Origin: Pecten maximus
Taxonomy: Eukaryota
Direction of reading: 5' to 3'
Assembly (NCBI RefSeq): GCF_902652985.1
Contig: NC_047017.1
Coordinates: 23,498,001-23,562,000 of the forward strand
Length of the DNA: 64,000 bases
This document shows, piece by piece, positions 56,301-64,000 of this stretch. Numbering within the stretch: the stretch's first letter is position 1; each line of letters opens with the position of its first letter. The position numbers were made by a program, and so were the translations under genes. The notes under the pieces are model-generated. The model did not search any database and had not been told where the DNA came from. It saw only the letters and a program-made list of their open reading frames with translations.

Positions 56301-59300
56301 ACGTGTGAGAATTTAAAAAAAAACTTTGTCTATGCATTTGGACCTATCTCAGTGAATATAATTATTATGTGTATAGAGTAACAGATAATTTAAGATCTTT
56401 TAGGGTTCTAGGTTAACATTCCATAAAATGACCCGGGGTTGTGGCAAATCCAAGTGACTGTCTGCATAAGGAGTAAAGGAGAAAGGAAAATTATATAACT
56501 ATAGGTACTTTATATTATCCATGAATGAGATGATTATTTATCCAGTATCAAAATTCATGTTCAGTTTTATCTGTACATTCTCTTACTTTCCACAATTTAA
56601 AATTTCCCAACATGATAATGTGAGTGCCAACTTTATATACTGACCTTACTTTGTAGGGAAGTGGAGGAGAGAAGGAAGTTGGGCTTCCTGAGGGAGCTGT
56701 AACTGACATCAAGATAGAAGTCACATCAGAAGATGGCACAGTGAAAAACTATTTCCTCCATGTCAAACGACTCTCAGCAAAAGATGCCGTACTCAGTGAC
56801 CTCAAGTTTTCTCAGGGGTGTCTCATGCCTGACTTTGATTCTGCAGTTACTACTTATTCTTGTAAGTTACACTTACTTAAAGCTTAAATTTACATGTTAA
56901 ATCTCTGTTGATAATGGCAAAACTTATATACATTTATATTCATTTCTGTTAACCCTACCATGACTAAGTATGGTTTACAGTTTTAGTATTCTAAGATATT
57001 ACTGTTGAATTCTAATTCACTTATTTAAAGATATTTTACCAGATTAATCCCAGATTACATATTCTAATTCTATTGTAATTAGATTTTGATTTTAGTTTTT
57101 GACAGTATATTTTACCTGATTACATAGATATTCTAACATGCAATTGGGTTTTGCTGTCATGTTTTGACAATTTATATGTATTTGTTTTATCAGGAAGTAT
57201 GTCAAGCATGATCTTATTTCACAATCATCTTTTCAATAGGTATATTACCATGCAATGTGGCCAGTGTCATTGCTAAACCAGTTGCTCCAGATCCCAAAAA
57301 TGTCATTCTGGTATGTGGAGAGAAGCCAGGAACAGCCTACCCCCTAAATGTGGGGGAGACCAACATCCAGCTAGAGGTCACATCTGCTGATGGCTCAAAC
57401 AAACAGGTAAAATGGCAGTTATTACTTCAAAAGTAATTGTTATTATAAGATTTTCTTTTTTTCAGGAATATTTCTGGGTTAGGTTCATGAATGTTGTGTG
57501 CGAATTTTTCTTCATTTTTTTTCATAACAGTAGATGGGCTAGTTCCTTGTATGCTATTATTCTGAAAAGTTCAATGAGACTTTCAGCAAACAATTATTTT
57601 TTAATTTCCAGATGTCACCTCTAAATGAAATATAATACAAAATTATTATAATTATATTAGTGTTCATTTCCACCACCAGACTTACAGTGTTGACATACTG
57701 AGGAAACCTATGCCAAGATATGCCAAGTTTACAGACCCTGAAATGGCACAGAAGTATGAATGTCCAATATCACTCTCACCTCTCTACCGACCTATCTCCA
57801 TCCGGGGAAGTGAGCCCAAACACACCTACTCGGCCCCAAACATTGACGCTATGACTCGCACTTCCAAGGTGGATCCTATCAGTGGAATGTCCCTGATGGG
57901 TGAATGGAGAATAGTTGATATAGCCATAGAGAAACAAATGGCTGCAGCATCAGCAAGCATCCCACTGACATATGGGGGTAAATTATCAAACTACCTGCTC
58001 TTATTCCAATTAATGTCCAGCTTTGTCACTCTAAAGATGTTTCACCTTTTTATATGAAGATAAATATATCAAATGTGATGGTATGAACATTTGTTTATTT
58101 GCGGTCTTGCTTGATTAAATCCATATACTGATGATAAAATATGTTTTCCTTTTGTGTAGGTACCTCAGATGCTGTGAAGTTTGGAGAATTAGCTGCCACG
58201 ATTGAAAAATGCAATGTGGCACCTAAAGTTGAGGTAAATATAACACACCTGTGTGCATACAATTAGACACCTGTGTTTATACATACAATGAGACACCTGT
58301 GTTTATACATACAATGAGACACCTGTGTTTATACATACAATGAGACACCTGTGTTTATACATACAATTAGACACCTGTGTTTATACATACAATGAGACAC
58401 CTGTGTTAATATATACAATGAGACACCTGTGTTTATACATACAAGGAGACACCTGTGTTTATACATACAATGAGACACCTGTGTTTATACATACAATTAG
58501 ACACCTGTGTTTTACATCCAATGAGACACCTGTGTTTATACATACAATGATACACATGTGTTTTACATCCAATTAGACACCTATGTTTATACATATAATG
58601 AGACACCTGTGTTTATACATACAATGAGACACCTGTGTTTGTACATACAATGAGACACCTGTGTTTATACTTACAATTAGACACCTGTGTTTATACATAC
58701 AATGAGACACCTGTGTTAATATATACAATGAGACACCTGTGTTTATACATACAAGGAGACACCTGTGTTTAAACATGCAATGAGACATGTGTTTATACAT
58801 ACAATGAGACACATGTGTTTATACATATCATGAGACACCTGTGTTTAAACATACAATGAGACACCTGTGTTTTACATATAATGAGACACATGTGTTTATA
58901 CATACAATAAGACACATGTGTCTATACATACAATGAGACACCTATGTTTATACATATAATGAGACACCTGTGTTTATACATACAATGAGACACCTGTGTT
59001 TATGCATACAATGAGACACCTGTGTTTTACATCCAATTAGACACCTATGTTTATACATATAATGAGACACCTGTGTTTATACTTACAATGAGACACCTGT
59101 GTTTGTACATACAATGAGACACCTGTGTTTAAACATATAATGAGACATCTGTGTTTATACATACAATGAGACACATGTGTTTATGCATACAATGGGACAC
59201 ATGTGTTTTACATCCAATGAGACACCTGTGTTTATAATACAATGGTACACATGTGTTTTACATACAATGAGACACATGTGTTTATGCATACAATGGGACA

Positions 59301-62300
59301 CCTGTGTTTTACATCCAATGAGACACCTGTGTTTATACATACAATGAGACACCTGTGTTTATACATATAATGAGACACATGTGGCTATATATATAATGAG
59401 ACACCAGTGTTTTACATACAATGAGACACCTGTGTTTATACATATAATGAGACACCTGTGTTTATACAGATAATGAGACACCTGTGTTTATATATATAAT
59501 GAGACACCTGTGTTTTACATACAATGAGACACCTGTGTTTATACATACAATGAGACACCTGTGTTTATACAGATAATGAGACACCTGTGTTTATATATAT
59601 AATGAGACACCTGTGTTTATACATATAATGAGACACCTGTGTTTATACATATAATGAGACACATGTGGTTATATATATAATGAAACACCTGTGTTTTACA
59701 TCCAATTAGACACCTGTGTTTTTACATACAATGAGACACCTGTGTTTATATATACAATGAGACACCTGTGTTTATATATACAATGAGACACCTGTGTTTA
59801 TATATACTATGAGACACCTGTGTTTATACATACACTTAGACACCTCTGTTTATACATACAATGGAACACCTGTGTTAATACATACAATGAGACACCTGTG
59901 TTTATACATACAATGGACACATGTGTTTATACATACAATGAGACACCAGTGTTTATACATACAATGAGACACCTGTGTTTATATATACAATGAGACACCT
60001 GTGTTTATACATGCAATGAGACACCTGTCAATACATACATTGAGACACCAGTGTTAATTAAACGAAACACCTGTGTTTATTCATACAGTTAGACACTTGT
60101 TTGTACTTACAATGAGACACTTGTTTGTACATACAATTAGACACCATATTTATACAATGATACACTTGTTTATGCATACAATGGGAAGCACCTGTCAATA
60201 TACAGGTAAAAACATACAGAATCAGAAGACTACAGTATTTTATATGAGGACAATGAAACAATTAAGCAATCCTTGATACCGTATGGCGTGTAAAGTTTGT
60301 TGTGCATAAACATTCAATATTGTTTGGTTATTGATAAGAAACCACAAAGATAAATTGATGTGAAGAACTAGAATATAATTTTCTGATTGGTAACCATGAA
60401 CATTTGTACCATGAAACAGACTAATTAACTGGAAACCATGAAGCAAAAATGTTAACATATATTCATGTTCTACATTATATTAAAAATGTTCACATTATTA
60501 TTTTAAATAATTTTTTCATTCCAGGATATGAAAGACAAATTTAAGGATTCTTCAGCTTCATTAACACACATTGTAAAGGTTGGTATGACAAGGAACGATA
60601 TAAAGTATGTGTATTACTAGGACCATTAAGGACAGCCATTATCTAGAGCTGTGCGGGGTTGGGTTATAATATTGGTCGAGGGCAACAATTCTGTAAGACG
60701 GTTTTAAATAAGGTGTAAGCCAAAATTGGTATGTAACTGAATCTTTGTCTGTAATTGAGGAAACCTGTTCTTCTTCAGTTTTATGGGGCGCTGTTTTACT
60801 ATTTATTCCCATTTGGTGATATCACCTATTCGAATAGGTGATATCACCAATTCATTTTTCAAATAAGTGATATCACCTATTCGAATAGGTGATATCACCA
60901 ATTCGAATAGGTGATATCACTTAATGAAACGAATAGGTGATATCACTTATTCGAATAGGTGATATCACTCATTCGAATAGGTGATATCACTCATTCGAAT
61001 AGGTGATATCACTTAATGAAACGAATAGGTGATATCACTTATTCGAATAGGTGATATCACCCATTCGAATAGGTGATATCACTTATAAAATTCTTAAGTG
61101 ATATCACCTATTCGAATGAGTGATATCACCTATACGAATAGGTGATATCATTTATGAAATTTTATAAGTGATATCACCTATTCGAATGAGTGATATCACT
61201 ATGGGGCGCCGTTTTACTATTTATTCCCATTTGGTGATATCACCCATTCGAATAGGTGATATCACTCATTCATTTTTAAAATAAGTGATATCACCTATTC
61301 GAATTGGTGATACCGTATAGCGGGAAATTTTAGCGGGGCTTTAATTTGGCGATTTGGCGGGTCCGTATAAAGATAGCCAAAATTTAACCCGTCAAATTTT
61401 AACACCGCCAAATAAAAAGACGAGAAAATTTCAATTTACCCAATAGTTTCCGTTCGGCCGCCATTTACCTTTGATAACTCAAGAGAGTAACGACTGGTAG
61501 TAACGTTGGATGTTGCCTGGCAATTGTCGGCCAAAATGCCGATAGGTACATGCGAATAGCTAGTGAACAACTACTCACGATACATGTATAGCAACACAAG
61601 TATGATATATATCGCATCATAATTAATTTCTGTGAAAACAAAGCCATCTACCCATACCATTCAATGAACTGATGTTAACACTTTACCTGTAGACTAATTG
61701 TTCAACTCACCTGTACGTATACACATCATACAATAGATGACCATGGCGATATCTTACGGTTGATTAAATTCTCTTTGTCTGTTGCTTGTACACATACTCA
61801 TATAAACACTAATTTGACAAATCTACATGTATGTGTTCGTCTGAATTTTTTTGGTAATAATTTCCGGTTTCTAGGCAGAGGATCGATAATACACAAAACA
61901 CTTAATAAACATGGATAGGTTGTATGGAAATATCATAATTATCTATATATATCGGTAGGTAATATATATGCTCAACGCCAAATTAAAACCATAGATTTAA
62001 GGAAATCGCCAAATTTTAACACGCCAAAATTTAACTTTCAGTTTTCATGACCAAATCGCCAAATTTTATGACCGCTAAAATTTCCCGCTATACGGTATCA
62101 CCTATTCGTTTCATTAAGTGATATCACCTATTCATTAATACCTAGATTTTAAATACATGTATTGTAAAAATGAAATATTTGATGCCATGGCAGTTGAATT
62201 AATTTCCATTTGATATGATGAACATGTTTCCATGTAAAGTTTGGTGCTAAATGTCAGGTAATAGACCGATCAGGTGATATAGGGAAGTCTAGTACAGAAT

Positions 62301-63836
62301 ACTGCATGGGATATCCTTGTCTGGGTGTACATGTACATGAAAGAGTTTAATTTTCTCACCTTTGTCAGTATTTTTAATTTAGAGAAATATTTTATATCAT
62401 CATAACAGTCTTGCTTTTGTTTCTTCCTGTAATGACTAGGTGAGAGGATGGGAGAAGAATTTACACCAGATATTTGGAGTGACCAGTGTTGATAAATTAG
62501 TTGGACAGGCAAAAGATCAAATCAAAACCTATTTTAAAATTCTACCCAAACCAGGTTTGTGATTTTTTTTTTGTGTGTAATAAACAACTATTAATTTTCG
62601 GATAAGGTACACATTTTGATGTAATTTAAATTTGATTGCATGTCATTATGTTTGATTTTGAATAACATCATGCAGACTGCTTTAGAAAATTCAAAATGTA
62701 AATAAGAATTTGTACAGCTTGCACAACACAAAAATGTCCACTACTACTGGGAAACTCTTTTACAGGAGAATGTAACTTTATTGTAATATTCTTACTATCA
62801 CAATATAGCATGTGATAGTCTGTCACAATATAACTTATGATGCTGATACTCTATTGCAATATAGCATGTCATAGTCTATTACAATATAATGTATGATACT
62901 GATACTCTATTACAATATAGCATGTCATAGTCTATTACAATATAGCATGTCATAGTCTATTACAATATAACATGTAATAGTCTATGACAACATGCTATTC
63001 TGTTTTAAGTGAATTTTTCAGTTTGTTTTGAATATGAAAATTCTGGTTAAACCAGTGTAAAAATGTTGACATAAAAAAACTTGTACGTTAAGAAATTATG
63101 TCCTGATTTGTATGTGTTTGTCTCACACAGGTCAGTCTAAACAGTGGTCAGAGGGAGAGGGTCCTCTCGATTGTCTCCTCAGGGCTGCTCAGTTTTATGC
63201 TGTAGCTATCTCAAACAAGCCTAAAGATGCCAGTCTGCACCTACAGCTGGGCATGGTTCTGGAGGAGCGGTACTATGCTGAGGATCTGTTTGGTCTTAAA
63301 AAAGAGGTAAGTGAGGTGTTGTAAGAATCGTAAGTAAGTTACTTTATTATTTTAACTGAGGCTGATACCAGTTATGGATGATAACTTTGCCTGATTTCAT
63401 TTCATTAAATTTATTGTACAAGATTGGAGAGTACTACAGGATTAGACAACAGGCAATGCCTATATCAGTCTCCTCCTATTATATTGCCTGATTAAGGCTA
63501 GCAGAAAAAAATAATGATAACCAAATTATCAACCAACAATGATTTCGCTGCTTTAAAGGAATTGAAAACTTAATTTGACACCTACACATTTGTATTATAT
63601 ATTTGTAGGAATCTGATTCTCTACCATCTATGAACTTGGATGCAAAAGAGAGTTCAAAAGAAGAGGAATGTGCAGCTATTTGCAAGCTCCATGGTGTAGA
63701 TGCTGATGCAGCTCCTCTTGCTCTCCAACTGAAGGCTATAGACGCAGAGTACCAGCAGCTGAATCAGAATGGCCAGAGTGCAAAGGCTGACCGCATCATG
63801 GGACTGTTTGCCTGGAAGTCCAAACAGGCAAAACCG
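53313..63836 (+). CDS. Uncharacterised protein: 2 x cadherin-like beta-sandwich + U-box + TPR-like helices; 9 exons / 493 aa in window, 3' end beyond right edge
   Basis: Exons 53313-53474, 56657-56861, 57240-57406, 57680-57977, 58160-58233, 60525-60578, 62440-62554, 63131-63306, 63609-63836 (GT-AG, in phase). Repeat motifs L..L....G.L.P.F....T.Y...V/L and I.IEVTS.DG....Y.....R occur twice. U-box-like YECPISLSPLYRP...HTY...I.......DPISG. TPR-like AAQFYAVAISNKPKDASLHLQLGMVLE. Confidence 0.85.
53899..55037 (-). mobile_element. Second copy (inverted) of the P/Galileo-like element, 1139 bp, 7-bp TSD
   Basis: CAGAGACATATATATACAGAGA ... TCTCTCTGTATATATGTCTCTG. TSD TCCTGAC at 53892-53898 and 55038-55044. 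Reverse-complement homologous to 17637-18774 along its length. Confidence 0.92.
58244..60200 (+). repeat. 26-bp minisatellite (GAGACACCTGTGTTTATACATACAAT)n, ~70 copies, filling most of intron 5
   Basis: Period 26 (AGACAC at 58265, 58291, 58317). Starts ~10 bp after the donor site and decays at the 3' end. Confidence 0.97.
60782..62135. repeat. Array of palindromic units (CGAATAGGTGATATCACCTATTCG) in two blocks with a shared leader; second block interrupted by a MITE
   Basis: Leader TATGGGGCGCYGTTTTACTATTTATTCCCATTTGGTGATATCACC at 60782 and ~61200; about 20 GTGATATCAC cores. Confidence 0.85.
61313..62095. mobile_element. Tc1/mariner-pogo MITE, 783 bp, TA TSD, inserted into the centre of a GATATC core
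   Basis: GGTGA-TA|CCGTATAGCGGGAAATTTTAGCGG ... CCGCTAAAATTTCCCGCTATACGG|TA-TCACC; perfect 24-bp TIR. Confidence 0.93.
62790..62995 (+). repeat. ~25-bp degenerate minisatellite (CTATTACAATATAGCATGTCATAGT)n
   Basis: About 7 imperfect copies. Confidence 0.75.
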
Positions 63837-63890
63837 GTAAGATAAGGAAACGTTATCCACCATGGCAATGATGCATCATGGTTACCATTT

Positions 63891-64000
63891 CAATTATTAT
63901 CTTGATCTGCGCTCCTGTTCTGTAATTAACAACACTCAACTATGTCAAGACGTAGTGGAGTGTTATTTGCAGAACAGGAGCACAGATCAAGATATGATTG
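63891..64000. repeat. Inverted repeat/hairpin at window end (Crypton-like terminus?)
   Basis: TATCTTGATCTGCGCTCCTGTTCTG ... CAGAACAGGAGCACAGATCAAGATA (24/25). Confidence 0.7.

Noticed and set aside
58325-60276. Repetitive ORFs in the 26-bp array (and 24986-26125 in the YIPF4 intron array)
   Set aside because: Artefacts of tandem repeats. Only 26049-26126 is a real exon, in a different frame from the listed ORF.

Overview
AT-rich, intron-containing animal genomic DNA. The repeat families (V-core tRNA-SINEs, Helentron/HINE-like elements) suggest a bivalve mollusc; this is an inference. I reconstructed six protein-coding genes by hand from GT-AG junctions, and reading-frame phase is consistent at every junction: (1) the 5' part of a CCDC42/CFAP73-family coiled-coil gene (-, runs off the left edge); (2) an intronless class A GPCR (-); (3) YIPF4 (+, 6 exons, 279 aa); (4) a BTB-BACK-Kelch protein with one coding exon (-); (5) POLA2 (-, 15 exons, 606 aa); (6) head-to-head with POLA2, an uncharacterised gene with two bacterial-type cadherin-like beta-sandwich repeats, a U-box and TPR-like helices (+, runs off the right edge). 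Introns and intergenic DNA are dense with minisatellites (23, 26, 28, 30, ~53 bp units) and non-autonomous elements. Main findings: (a) two complete ~1.14 kb CAGAG-terminated elements with 7-bp TSDs, plus three 22-30 bp TIR-only remnants with TSDs around the YIPF4 start that look like P-element-type excision footprints; (b) a 450-bp TRIM whose LTRs carry a tRNA-like Pol III promoter (Helenus-like), plus a solo LTR of a second family; (c) the cadherin-like/U-box/TPR gene; (d) an array of amplified 3' splice sites in front of YIPF4 exon 4; (e) tandem duplications of the stop-codon region in two genes. There is no CRISPR array, rRNA or genuine tRNA gene.
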